DNA from: Barthelona sp. PCE
Lineage: Eukaryota
Assembly (NCBI GenBank): GCA_040285745.1
Contig: JAUFOR010000008.1
Span: 2,108,001 to 2,170,504 of the forward strand
DNA: 62,504 nucleotides
Direction: 5' to 3'
The notes beneath the pieces are model-generated. The model did not search any database. It was not told the DNA's origin and saw only the letters and a program-made list of their open reading frames with translations. Each line of letters starts with the position of its first letter. Position 1 is the stretch's first letter. The position numbers were made by a program, and so were the translations under genes. Positions 31,907-42,644 of the stretch are shown here, one piece after another.

Positions 31907-33262
31907 ATGGATCCTTGTACACCAAAACCTCCATCATTTGTGTTTAATTCGCAAGAAAACTTCGAAATGAAATCCACATCCCCCAGAAAGCAGTATCGTG
32001 AACCGCCAACTATAAATTCGAAGAATACAGAACGCCACACTGGGTTTGCATCGAGAAAAAAGCGGCTATCTAAGACTCCAAATACCTTGGTTTCATACGG
32101 TGTTGGTTTGGACAAGCGCTTCTTTAATCCTCCACCAGGCGAGACGTCGACATACTTTGAGCGCGCTTTTGACTTAATAGAGGAACTGGGATCAGGAGAA
32201 TTTGGTACGGCATATCATGTGAGATCAAAACCTCAAGAATATGAAGAAAGTGGGCAAGATTATTGCATAAAGGTGTCGCGCAACCCATACAGAAACGATG
32301 CCGAACGTCGTAGGTATGTAGATGAAGCAAAACTTCGTGCTGCATTTGGAAATCATGATTGTTTAATGAGGCAATTTAGCGCATGGGAAGAGGATTCACA
32401 TATATTCATGCAGATGGAGCTCGGCACGAGCACATTGGACCGCTTCATAATGGACTACTTCAAGGGGGGACCCCCCACTGAAGAGTTCTTGTGGGATCTT
32501 CTCACTTGTTTGTTTGCTGGCCTTGAGTATTTACATTCGCAAGACATTGGGCACTTTGACATCAAGCCTGATAACTTGTTTTTAGTTGATGAATTCTTTA
32601 AAATAGGCGATTTCGGATTGGCTAGGGATGCGAATAACTTTGATGACATCATGGACGGAGACAAGTTGTATTTGGCACCAGAATTCTTCGATGACGATCT
32701 GGAGAAGGGTCCACAGGCAGATATCTACTCAGTTGGCCTCATAATGTTTGAATACGGACTGTTTGTCAACTTGCCGAGCGGGGGATCTCTGTACAATGAA
32801 CTACGCCAAGACAAGACAGACCGTTTCGAGGGCACAGACAACGAGGTCAGTGAAAACTACCGTCTGCTGTGCAACATGTGTATGGAGAGGAACCCAAAGG
32901 AAAGGGTGACTGCTGCATGGGTGTGCGAAAATGTGCCAGCTATTGCAATGCGCATGGAATCGTACGACCTGAATCAGTTTATGGCGAGCCAACAAATCAC
33001 TATCAACGCAAGCGTTGCGGATAGTAACGACTTCATGGACGTTTCGCCGGAAGTGAGGAAGGCCAGACAAACGCTTAACTTTGGTGGTCCTCTGTCCCCT
33101 TCTCCAATGCGCAGCACATTTAATACACAAGAAAGTGAGTTTGCTGGCTTTGAGGATAGTTATGAGGAGACAGATGAGTATGCACATAAAACATCACCGT
33201 TCAGTAACAACACATGGAGGCGGCGGATCAACCGCAACTTCTACGATGACGATGAGTTGTAG
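31907..33262 (+). CDS. Wee1/Myt1-family kinase
   Basis: TYFERAF..IEELGSGEFG, YCIKVS, AWEE, HFDIKPDNLF, KIGDFGL, DGDKLYLAPE. Confidence 0.9.
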   Translation: MDPCTPKPPSFVFNSQENFEMKSTSPRKQYREPPTINSKNTERHTGFASRKKRLSKTPNTLVSYGVGLDKRFFNPPPGETSTYFERAFDLIEELGSGEFGTAYHVRSKPQEYEESGQDYCIKVSRNPYRNDAERRRYVDEAKLRAAFGNHDCLMRQFSAWEEDSHIFMQMELGTSTLDRFIMDYFKGGPPTEEFLWDLLTCLFAGLEYLHSQDIGHFDIKPDNLFLVDEFFKIGDFGLARDANNFDDIMDGDKLYLAPEFFDDDLEKGPQADIYSVGLIMFEYGLFVNLPSGGSLYNELRQDKTDRFEGTDNEVSENYRLLCNMCMERNPKERVTAAWVCENVPAIAMRMESYDLNQFMASQQITINASVADSNDFMDVSPEVRKARQTLNFGGPLSPSPMRSTFNTQESEFAGFEDSYEETDEYAHKTSPFSNNTWRRRINRNFYDDDEL

Positions 33263-33302
33263 AACTATGAAATAAAACACAAATCAGAAAGAAAGAGTTA
33301 AT

Positions 33303-33839
33303 TTACATTTCTTCTTTTGCGACTTCTTCAACAAACGAGCCGACTGCCATCGAGCTTGTCATGTCGAGGTTATTTGTGCCAGTGAGACTCAGTACCTCAG
33401 TTAAACGACGTTCATTCACCAAAAATCGATCTAAAGGTACGCCCAATGCTGGGTAATCATAATAAAAGTCTACTGAGGGTAGATCTTCCTCGCCCTCCCT
33501 CCTGGGCACACCTTTAATATCTAAATCTTTAAGTGTGAGGGCTGCGTTTGTGATTTGCGATTCAGGATTCGAATCATTAAGGAATAGACGGACATTGTTG
33601 ACGGCGTTGTTGTGACGCTTCTTAATCAGGTTCTTAACCGTGCTAATATTTGTGTTTAAAGAGAGTACAGATTTAAAATTTAGATATGACCATGGAAGAC
33701 TGAGTTTAAAGTTACAGATTACGTACAGGTTCTCAGGCCTTGATTCAATCAGCTCAGCAATGACAGCTGAATAGTCAAATGTATCTTTTTCTTTCTTAAC
33801 CTTTGATTTCTTCTTTTTGGACTTTTTCTTGGCTCCCAT
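33303..33839 (-). CDS. Small protein with a Lys-rich N-terminus and ubiquitin-like fold
   Basis: Beta-grasp-like pattern YVICNFKL...TNISTVKNLIKKRH...VRLF...LTLKDLDIKG...DFYYDY. Confidence 0.55.
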   Translation of the reverse strand: MGAKKKSKKKKSKVKKEKDTFDYSAVIAELIESRPENLYVICNFKLSLPWSYLNFKSVLSLNTNISTVKNLIKKRHNNAVNNVRLFLNDSNPESQITNAALTLKDLDIKGVPRREGEEDLPSVDFYYDYPALGVPLDRFLVNERRLTEVLSLTGTNNLDMTSSMAVGSFVEEVAKEEM

Positions 33840-34069
33840 TGTCAGTAAAGTGCGTGAATATACAGTTTAATCCGTAAATAACGGGATTAATATGATGTTG
33901 AAAGAGGGTAGAAAAGTCAAAACAATTGTATTATTGGGCGGTATGAACTGGGCACTGAGGCACATTTTAGAAGTAAATTTATTCAATCGAAAAATTGGTA
34001 TCGTTACAACACCATTATGCAATTTTTTCATCCTTTTTCATCCTTTATTCAATGTTGTAGATAGTCAAA

Positions 34070-35782
34070 ATGCCAAGAAAACCGAACATACAGTCTCTTA
34101 ATGAAACAAATCTCAATATATCGGGTCAACTTTCCAAACAACACCTTCTCTATATCACTCTGCTACGCTCAAATTTTCCCGAAGAGCTCATTCACTCGAT
34201 TTTGACGTTTATATCAGTGAATCAGAGCGTTCCTTCAGTAGATTTGGATGAAGAATTTGAGGTGGAAGATACCGAACCATTGACTTTAACCGTTGAACCA
34301 TTGACAAATGAAATCATGGAGACCATTGAAAATGAATCAGAAGAGGTAGAAGAAGCATATTATTTTGATCACTTGGTAGCAAAAATTCCACCATTACAAA
34401 CAAACAAATATATTTCACGACCAGAATACACTGTAGATGACTCGTTCATGGATATTAACAACTTGACACAAGTGAGGAAGCGAAAGAACCACTTCAAACT
34501 TCCACTTATCACCTACCGTGAACTTATCACAAATGAACACTGTCACCCATTAGGATGCATTGGTCTGTTCAACGAAGTGTTGCAAGCGCTCTTTCCCAAG
34601 CATAAGCATTCATTCTTCGGTGTGTCTCACATCCCGGATCCTAGGGTCAACAACCGTCTCCTACCGTGGAATATAAAAAAGATGTTCTCCTTTGACATGC
34701 TGAAGGATGAGGCGGTCAAGCAGTTTAAAGATGAGTATGACGAGACTCACAAAAACGATCCCATACACCTTATCCACTTCAGCGACCTCTTGTTCGACAA
34801 ATCCTTTTATATTCATAAGGTGATCAACCACAACACAGATTCAATCGTTGAGCAGCGGTACAGGTCAGCGCTTTCGGTAAGTGATGAAGAGCTGAAGATA
34901 ATCAAGCAACAGTTAAACGAACTGTTTGGCCCTGGTGTGACAACTGACATTGGTAAATGTGCAGAGTATTTCCAAAAAATACGAGATTTCGTGAGTAAGA
35001 AGAAGATTATGACTGATATTCGTAAATGGGGCATCGATCCTCGATTCCCTCAGATATTCAGCCTCTCTGACTTTATTGATATATCGGGTATGCACCTGAC
35101 TGTGCCCAAACGAACGAGAATCAAGTGTGACATGTCTCTGCTGCAACTGATGGTAGTATGTCGTATCCTAAATAACAACCTGGAGCTATGTTTTGACTCA
35201 TTTTTGGGGTATTTCCCATATTTTAGGGCAAGACATATGCAGTTATTTTCATGCCAAGAAACCATTCACCTGTCGCTCAAGAATCTGTTTAAAATGAAAT
35301 ATATATATTGGGATCCAGTACTGCACTTGTACGTCCCAACCGGATGTGTTCGATATTTAAGTATGGAAGCAATTGATGAGATACGCACAGCGCAGGTCTG
35401 CTCCATCAGCGGATTCCTTCTTTTCCGTAACTTTGGACTCTCTGAAGAAGAGCACCTCAAGATATGGTTCCAGATAATGCACTCATGTCTTCCTGAAAAG
35501 AAAAGAGTGAGATGGAGTCCTATGATGTGCTTTAAGGATCACATAGCATCTGATCTCGATCCCCGCATAAGTTCCAAGAGGAAAGTAGCTGTAATACCGA
35601 AGTTGAAAGAAACAAAGACGAAGGTTGAAGAGGAGAAGAGTGTACACAAAGAGGAGCCCTCCACAGAAGAGAGTTTGATGAGCAAGTTGAGGGCGGATGA
35701 GACGTTTGACAATTCTGTGACCGAATCGGATGTGGAGAGAATGGTTGCTATTCCAGAAGAAGGAAAGATGGAGATGAAATAA
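34070..35782 (+). CDS. Hypothetical protein (570 aa)
   Basis: Long ORF with normal composition and a stop overlapping AATAAA; no family recognised. Confidence 0.75.
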   Translation: MPRKPNIQSLNETNLNISGQLSKQHLLYITLLRSNFPEELIHSILTFISVNQSVPSVDLDEEFEVEDTEPLTLTVEPLTNEIMETIENESEEVEEAYYFDHLVAKIPPLQTNKYISRPEYTVDDSFMDINNLTQVRKRKNHFKLPLITYRELITNEHCHPLGCIGLFNEVLQALFPKHKHSFFGVSHIPDPRVNNRLLPWNIKKMFSFDMLKDEAVKQFKDEYDETHKNDPIHLIHFSDLLFDKSFYIHKVINHNTDSIVEQRYRSALSVSDEELKIIKQQLNELFGPGVTTDIGKCAEYFQKIRDFVSKKKIMTDIRKWGIDPRFPQIFSLSDFIDISGMHLTVPKRTRIKCDMSLLQLMVVCRILNNNLELCFDSFLGYFPYFRARHMQLFSCQETIHLSLKNLFKMKYIYWDPVLHLYVPTGCVRYLSMEAIDEIRTAQVCSISGFLLFRNFGLSEEEHLKIWFQIMHSCLPEKKRVRWSPMMCFKDHIASDLDPRISSKRKVAVIPKLKETKTKVEEEKSVHKEEPSTEESLMSKLRADETFDNSVTESDVERMVAIPEEGKMEMK

Positions 35783-35797
35783 AATCAAATTTATTGA

Positions 35798-38700
35798 CTA
35801 TGATTTGAATATTGATTCCGTTCGCAGCTTGTTATACGCGTTATAAAACTTTTGAGCACTGTAATGTTCATCAATAATGCATAGACGCAAAATAACCTCA
35901 TAATCACTCTTATAACTGCACAAGAGCGTGAAAAACTCATTAGGCTTTAACCCATCTAGGTCACATTCGTGCATATTGATATTATGCACCGTTCCTCTGT
36001 TCAGCGCCAGCAATAGGAGCTCTTTGAAGCGAGTTGCGTGTTCATCATACTTATTAACATACATTAAAAAGAAAAGCTCAACTGTCTTATCACCACCATT
36101 ATTGCCAAAGTGTTTATCAACTAAGAAAAACAGTGAGTCAACACCATAGACGTCGTATTTTTCATCTTCGGTTGATTCTTCATCGAATATCACACTGACG
36201 GGTTTGCAATCAAGCGTGAGTAGGCCTTTGCGCTTGAAACCAAACAGCTTCAGTAAAGCTAAGTAAAACCCTACGCTGCGTTTGTATTTTCCTTCTTTCA
36301 CTTCTACCACATTAAATGCATCTTTGCGTTCCTCCGGTACAAAAACATGAGTGTGATTACACAGTTTCACACATGCATACTCACCGTCCAAATTGCAATG
36401 CAAGAATTCAGTTTCTTTAGTTTTCAAACTCTTTGCGATGGACAAAAAGTCCTTTTTCATGCTCTTTGCATATGAAATGGCCAATAAAAAAATAACAATC
36501 GCCAAGATTAACCAAACAAAATAACTCAATTCTGAAACATTGAAAAACAATCCTATAGTAACAAAAATTCCACTGAATATACCCATATACCGAAACTGGG
36601 GACGCTCAAAGTATTCCGACACACGATTAACAAACACTTCTCTTGTTGCCTCCATTGCACCAAAGAATATTGATGGTACAAACGTTAAGAGAAGCGCCAT
36701 ACCACTAAATTCAACCTTGAAATGGCCACATAGCAGTGATACCGCGCATATCAACCAGGTTAGCAAAATTGAAGAATTTAAAAATATGGTTGAAATCTTT
36801 GAAAAAACAGAAGTAAGTATGAAAATGATAAAAACTATACAAACACATATACATGTACCCCAATTAAACCGAAGTTTTAAAATAAGAGAAAATACTAATG
36901 CAAATATAACAAAAAGTGATGATACAACACAGTTAATACGCCCAATGGAATATTTTTCAGTCATCTTTTTTGATATTGCACCATTAATCATCTCAAATGC
37001 TTTCGAATAACACAGAAAGAAAAGCAAAGTCAAAAAAAGATAGGAAAAAAATGATACTGAAGTGCACTTCAGTATAAATATTACCTCACTAATCACTGTG
37101 ATAAGTATTAAACCATACTGAATCATTGATTTCCAAAAAGTGGTTCTTTCCACAGAAGCACAAGAAGTAAGCGAACGTTCAACAAAATCGCTTAAACATA
37201 TTAAAACAAATGCCACAATGCATGAAACGGCCGAAAAAATAGACCAGTTGTTATCAAAAACGGCATCAAACTCTTGCGTTATGCTTTCAAAGAGATTGGA
37301 ATCTTCCTCTGAAAAAGAAGATAGAAAATCTGAAAAAGATGAATATCCACTGCTGATAAAGTATAACCTGTCAAATATAAAGGTAAAAACAAAGGTAAAA
37401 AACAGAATAAACGCAACAAAAAGACGACACGAGATGTTTTTCGGAGGCAGATAGCTGGAAGATTCAAAATTATCAATTTCTTCCGTTGAATACCGAACAA
37501 AAGCACTGTTATTACAGTAAACAAATTTGGATTTTTCAGTATCAACTACGTGAGTTACTACACTGTTGTGAAGTGTTCTTAATTTTGACAAACTAAGCAT
37601 ATCGTCTTCACAATCGCCCACACAAACAAAAGTAGCTCCTTTTCCCAGTGAAAGTTCAAACAAACTTAGACATTTTAACTCCGTAAGCTTTTCATGCAGT
37701 TCTTTAATCTTTCCTGCATTCTTGAATGCAGAAAAAACTGATGCACGCTCCAATGCTGTTAGGGACCGTACGAAATCCTCAGTAAAATGATGTAACAAAT
37801 CAATTAGCTCGAAATAACAAGCTTTATCCAGCAGAATGCTCAATGGAAAACGACCTTTATCATTCTTCCTGTCTAAAAGATCCTGAAAAACTCTATGTTT
37901 CTCACAAAATGGCAGGTAATGATTGATCAGTCGCGGATTTTCCATCACAACGTGCAAATATGTGTGCTCTTCAATAATTGAAAAAATATTAATTGCATCT
38001 ACAACTTCGTGGGAAAAACTGTGCAATTTCACTTCATTACACTTAAAATTAGCGCCTCCTATCGTTAAGCTGTCATAAACCGATCTTAGAACTGGACTCT
38101 CATCATAAACGCTTAAATGTACAAGACAAAACATTTTCTTGAAATCATTTGATAATTGACAAAATAAACTAAAAGGGAAGTAAATCTTTCTTTCTACACC
38201 TCTTTTTTCGGTGTAAAAAGTAAAGTCGGTTGAAAACCTGTGAGCAATCTTATAAAACGTGGTATAATTCCTATTTAAAGCCAAAACTAATAAATCTATT
38301 AGAGTTGGTGAACAAACTTTGGGAATATCAGCATCGGCATTGGGTGATTCCATAACTTGCAAACTAATGGAACTGAAATTATAAGCACCTATACTGGACT
38401 TTGCAACACGATTTAAGTAGTCCTTTAGCTTCTCCTCAGATAACGGTTTCTTTGAATATAAAAAATCTTCTGGAATAAATCTTACATTTTCCCCATTAAT
38501 GAAGTCAAATAATCCAAAATTTAATGAATTCAATGAATGAAAATCACCAGCCCATCCCAACATTTTCGGTTCCATGTAGCTCTTCAAATTTTCTTTATGC
38601 TGAAAGAGACAGCATAAAAAAAATCTGACAGAAAGTATAGGATTTTTCTGAATATTTTCTTTAAAAGCTATTCTAAGATCTTCAATCATTTCCTCAGAAA

Positions 38701-40465
38701 ATTTAGTTGTATCAATACATTTATCACTGAAAAATACTGAACCACTATTTAAAAAATGGATAAAGCGAGTCATAGCTGACCAAATTCCCTTGTAGAAATG
38801 TTTTTCAAAAAAACCTATATCCAATGAGTTAGTAATACGTGGGTCTTTAAATATGGAACCATAAAATAATAAATGTACTTCACTGCCCACAATGTCCTTT
38901 AAATCCCAATAATCTTCAAAATATATCAGCAATTTTAAACATTGGCAGAAAAATTCAAGTTCTCTGTTTTTCATTCTTGAAGAAAGAGACTCTATCAAAA
39001 ACTGCTGCTGCTGTTGTGGCAGTTTTTGAATGGCTTTTTTAACGTTCTGAATATCATTTTCACTATGATTTCCTCTATGTAATACTACAATTTCTCTCCA
39101 TAAGTCCGAATACCAGTGTGACATAGTGATTTTCATAAAATATGATATATGCATCTGTTCATCGTAATCAATGCCTGAATTCATTTCTTGCAGTGTAATA
39201 CATCGAATATTCTTGGCAACACAAGCTTCAATGTCATTTTCAATTATATTTGTCCCAAATCTGTGCTTGGGAAAGAACATTATACTTTCAACGGCTTTAT
39301 ACGGCTTGAATCGAAGAAAAAAATATCTTAAGGAAAAGAAATCATCACCAATTCGGGGTTTAAATACATTATCATACTCTAAATTAGTCTCAATCTTGTT
39401 TAAGTGATAGTAATTGAAAAAATCTTTAAAAATTAAAAAGGTAACACTGATCTGTTGAATACAATCATGGTGACATTTTTTCCACTGACATGCAAAGATT
39501 AAAGAAAACAATTTAAACAGTTGTAAAAACTGAAAACGAAAATATTCGAGAAAGCAATTCATGTTTAGTATTTGTATAATAAAATACAATACTTCAATTG
39601 AAACTTGTGGATCTTCCGTTTCTTCAAAAAACTGCTTTAACGAGTTATTATCAACATGTTCGCTCCATTGTGTATCATGAAGTGTCATCATATGCACATA
39701 ATCGGAGCTGGTCATTTCTTCATGATATTTCCCTTCTTGCTCAAAGATTAAATGATCAATAAAACCATTTCTATCCAGATTACTTGGAACATTTCGAATA
39801 ACATTCAAAAAACAATCATCTAACAGATAAATTGCATTTAATGCCTTAATATTCTTATACAGTACATCCAATACACTTGTATCAGCATGCAGCAACCAAA
39901 AATATCGAAAACAGAAAAAAAAATCACTCATGTTATTTGAATTCCAATAATGCAAATATGCACCATCAAAACATGTTATTGAAAATTCTGACATCATTGT
40001 TGAAACGAATTTTCTGCACCAAAAAATCATTTTAGGAGGCAAACATGGTGGAACAAAACACATTGCAACTATTTCATCAACAAATAGTATTGTATCAGCA
40101 GTAAAATTTAGATTAAAATCAAAAAGCTGCAAATCAGCTCCTGCAACCCATTTCTCCTCAAAATTATCATTTTTTCGTGGATGAATGTACAAAAAAACCC
40201 TTAAATCCAGATCATGCATCTGATTGCTATTAAAATTAAATGTATGATATATTCTATCACCAGATCGATCAAATCCCTTCTCAAAGAACATTAAAAACTT
40301 GTTTTTTTCATGAAATTCGCATGTGTCAAACTCAATTGTGCGTTGATTATTGATACCCATTTCCTGCAAACGTTTTGCAACATCTTTGTTCAGTTGCTCA
40401 AAAAATATCCCCTTATTCCGCATCTCATCGTGCTTTGACGTTGGTTCTGATATTGATGATGACAT
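35798..40465 (-). CDS. Large hypothetical multi-pass membrane protein (1555 aa)
   Basis: Uninterrupted AT-rich ORF with a helical N-terminal ~1000 aa, ~10 hydrophobic segments, and a soluble C-terminal domain. Confidence 0.75.
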   Translation of the reverse strand: MSSSISEPTSKHDEMRNKGIFFEQLNKDVAKRLQEMGINNQRTIEFDTCEFHEKNKFLMFFEKGFDRSGDRIYHTFNFNSNQMHDLDLRVFLYIHPRKNDNFEEKWVAGADLQLFDFNLNFTADTILFVDEIVAMCFVPPCLPPKMIFWCRKFVSTMMSEFSITCFDGAYLHYWNSNNMSDFFFCFRYFWLLHADTSVLDVLYKNIKALNAIYLLDDCFLNVIRNVPSNLDRNGFIDHLIFEQEGKYHEEMTSSDYVHMMTLHDTQWSEHVDNNSLKQFFEETEDPQVSIEVLYFIIQILNMNCFLEYFRFQFLQLFKLFSLIFACQWKKCHHDCIQQISVTFLIFKDFFNYYHLNKIETNLEYDNVFKPRIGDDFFSLRYFFLRFKPYKAVESIMFFPKHRFGTNIIENDIEACVAKNIRCITLQEMNSGIDYDEQMHISYFMKITMSHWYSDLWREIVVLHRGNHSENDIQNVKKAIQKLPQQQQQFLIESLSSRMKNRELEFFCQCLKLLIYFEDYWDLKDIVGSEVHLLFYGSIFKDPRITNSLDIGFFEKHFYKGIWSAMTRFIHFLNSGSVFFSDKCIDTTKFSEEMIEDLRIAFKENIQKNPILSVRFFLCCLFQHKENLKSYMEPKMLGWAGDFHSLNSLNFGLFDFINGENVRFIPEDFLYSKKPLSEEKLKDYLNRVAKSSIGAYNFSSISLQVMESPNADADIPKVCSPTLIDLLVLALNRNYTTFYKIAHRFSTDFTFYTEKRGVERKIYFPFSLFCQLSNDFKKMFCLVHLSVYDESPVLRSVYDSLTIGGANFKCNEVKLHSFSHEVVDAINIFSIIEEHTYLHVVMENPRLINHYLPFCEKHRVFQDLLDRKNDKGRFPLSILLDKACYFELIDLLHHFTEDFVRSLTALERASVFSAFKNAGKIKELHEKLTELKCLSLFELSLGKGATFVCVGDCEDDMLSLSKLRTLHNSVVTHVVDTEKSKFVYCNNSAFVRYSTEEIDNFESSSYLPPKNISCRLFVAFILFFTFVFTFIFDRLYFISSGYSSFSDFLSSFSEEDSNLFESITQEFDAVFDNNWSIFSAVSCIVAFVLICLSDFVERSLTSCASVERTTFWKSMIQYGLILITVISEVIFILKCTSVSFFSYLFLTLLFFLCYSKAFEMINGAISKKMTEKYSIGRINCVVSSLFVIFALVFSLILKLRFNWGTCICVCIVFIIFILTSVFSKISTIFLNSSILLTWLICAVSLLCGHFKVEFSGMALLLTFVPSIFFGAMEATREVFVNRVSEYFERPQFRYMGIFSGIFVTIGLFFNVSELSYFVWLILAIVIFLLAISYAKSMKKDFLSIAKSLKTKETEFLHCNLDGEYACVKLCNHTHVFVPEERKDAFNVVEVKEGKYKRSVGFYLALLKLFGFKRKGLLTLDCKPVSVIFDEESTEDEKYDVYGVDSLFFLVDKHFGNNGGDKTVELFFLMYVNKYDEHATRFKELLLLALNRGTVHNINMHECDLDGLKPNEFFTLLCSYKSDYEVILRLCIIDEHYSAQKFYNAYNKLRTESIFKS

Positions 40466-40748
40466 GCTTGTGTCAATAACAAAGAAAAGGAGAATATTAC
40501 ATTAAACAATCATTATACCAGCTTATTCACTTTAAAATGTTCCTGTATTCGCAACAAATCAACATTTTCAATATTTATGAGTTGAATTCACAACAAACTT
40601 TTTTTCTTCACTCTAAGCACAAAAAGTACATTTTTACAATATTTCATCACTTTATCAACCATAATGCACTTTACACAGGGATATATGCTGATAATAAGAA
40701 ATCGGTATGAAAAATTTCCATATAGAACCATAAAATGCTCTAAAAAAG

Positions 40749-42596
40749 TTATGAAAAGTTGAATCTCTTCAGCTCACGATTAATATGCTCGTTGCCCTTG
40801 TTCATGGTATTCAGCGTTGACTCCATGCGTTCATTAAAATCATTACAACAGTTCTGCACATCAACACTAACTTCTGACTGTATGGCTCCGACAACCGTAA
40901 CAAGTGAGTCCGACATCTTTTCGAGGGCGCTTGAAACATTCTTCATGAAAGCTGCCTGTGTATCAACGAGCTCTTCGACCCTCTGGGAAAGCAACTCCAC
41001 CCTCTCATGCACGGATAACTGTTCTTGTTTGTTGAACAAATCATCAATCTCCACATTCTTCTTCTTTTTAACCGATCTATCATCACTCCGCGATTTTGCT
41101 GCAACTACAGGCTTGGGTTTGGGTTTGGACATGCTGATAATAGCATCATCGGTTTTGATTCGTGTATAATGTGGTGTTGGCACGTACTGAGCACTTGAAA
41201 TAGCAGACGGTGATATGAAACGGAAAGAGCTGAAGTTGACTGAGTCAAAGCAGAATTGCAAAAAAAATGATAGTCTCATGTACTTAATTCTTCTCAAAAA
41301 TTGCACACTAACCGAATTCGTACGAACCAGCGCTCCAAACACAAAGAAATCAGGTAAACTCTTCTTGGATGGAATGTAAGTGTTATGTAACGGAACAAAT
41401 GGCTCAAGAATGTAGTTCGGGTAATCATATTCGAACATTCCATTGCAAATCAAATGCACAACAGTGTTGACATCATGCGAAAGAGAAACTTTCAACAGTC
41501 TTGCTGCTGTTTTGTTGATAAACTGTTCATTGTAGCTCCTTACATCCTTAACTGATTCCATCCCCAGCATCCTAGAAATGCCTTCGCATAACACATGTTT
41601 AGCTTGCCTGTTGAATACGGGGAAGAATTTCTGTTTCCCAAAAAGACAAATTAGAATGTGCACGAATCGGTCAACCTGCCGCATTTCCATGAGCTCGTCG
41701 TATCCTGGTGCGTTCTCAATCTCAGCAATCAATCTGCCTTGCTCAATCTCAGCTTGAAACACGGTGACTTCTTTTCTCATCGGTTTACCTTCTTTCTGAA
41801 CCACTGTATCACGCTTCTTTTTTGAGGAAGCACTTGGATCATCCAACATTCGACCCTCACTTGAAAAGTAGGAATCAAAAATTCTCTTACAATCAAAAAA
41901 CGAATCCCTAAATATATCCATATATAATATGTCAAAAACAGAATGATCACCCTGCATATTCAGCAGATTAAGACAGACAAATACGAATGAAGCACCCAAG
42001 GTGTCAATCACTAAAGTTGGTTCGGATGATTTAAACAGATGTGGAAATTGACGTAATAAGCACAGCATACAAATATGTTCTGCTGGAACGAGAGCATTTT
42101 CTTCATCACAACGTTCCAATACATTCCTGAACAGGACTGCCGTGGGTTTAAAACCTAACAACTTTTGGGGATTAGAAGACCTAAAAATAAACTGGGATAT
42201 CAACTTACGTGCCAGTTCGTCCAAATTAACCCTTCTTTGCAGCAAAACGTAACTATCTTCACTGCGAATGCCATCGAAGCTCATAGCGACCGATCTAAAA
42301 TTCAATATTGCTTGAGGGAGCATAGGAATGTTGTTTACCAAAAAAAACTCAGATGTTATATTCAAAACTGATTCAGCAACCACTGTGGGACGCTTAAACT
42401 GAAACAAAATCCCAAAAAAACGCTGTACAAAGGCATTTGTATGCTTAAGAATTAAAACAAGCTCTGCTTTGTTAACAATAACAATATCAGGCTCCATATA
42501 TATATGATCATCCATATGACTAAGTAAAACCCCTGAAAATCCAATGATACAACAACAGCTGTTGAAAGAGGAGGAAAAAAGAACCTGTGAAATCAT
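40749..42596 (-). CDS. Hypothetical protein with a C-terminal coiled coil
   Basis: 615-aa ORF; the start may be MDDHI at about 42515. Confidence 0.7.
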   Translation of the reverse strand: MISQVLFSSSFNSCCCIIGFSGVLLSHMDDHIYMEPDIVIVNKAELVLILKHTNAFVQRFFGILFQFKRPTVVAESVLNITSEFFLVNNIPMLPQAILNFRSVAMSFDGIRSEDSYVLLQRRVNLDELARKLISQFIFRSSNPQKLLGFKPTAVLFRNVLERCDEENALVPAEHICMLCLLRQFPHLFKSSEPTLVIDTLGASFVFVCLNLLNMQGDHSVFDILYMDIFRDSFFDCKRIFDSYFSSEGRMLDDPSASSKKKRDTVVQKEGKPMRKEVTVFQAEIEQGRLIAEIENAPGYDELMEMRQVDRFVHILICLFGKQKFFPVFNRQAKHVLCEGISRMLGMESVKDVRSYNEQFINKTAARLLKVSLSHDVNTVVHLICNGMFEYDYPNYILEPFVPLHNTYIPSKKSLPDFFVFGALVRTNSVSVQFLRRIKYMRLSFFLQFCFDSVNFSSFRFISPSAISSAQYVPTPHYTRIKTDDAIISMSKPKPKPVVAAKSRSDDRSVKKKKNVEIDDLFNKQEQLSVHERVELLSQRVEELVDTQAAFMKNVSSALEKMSDSLVTVVGAIQSEVSVDVQNCCNDFNERMESTLNTMNKGNEHINRELKRFNFS

Positions 42597-42644
42597 TGAA
42601 TTAACCTTGCAAAATGTTTATTCCAACACCAATTTTATTCTTCA

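Noticed and set aside
447-41169. Numerous 60-200-aa ORFs antisense to or nested in long genes (e.g. 447..872, 13354..13941, 36540..37010, 40759..41169)
   Set aside because: They are shadow ORFs of real coding sequence with no independent motifs.
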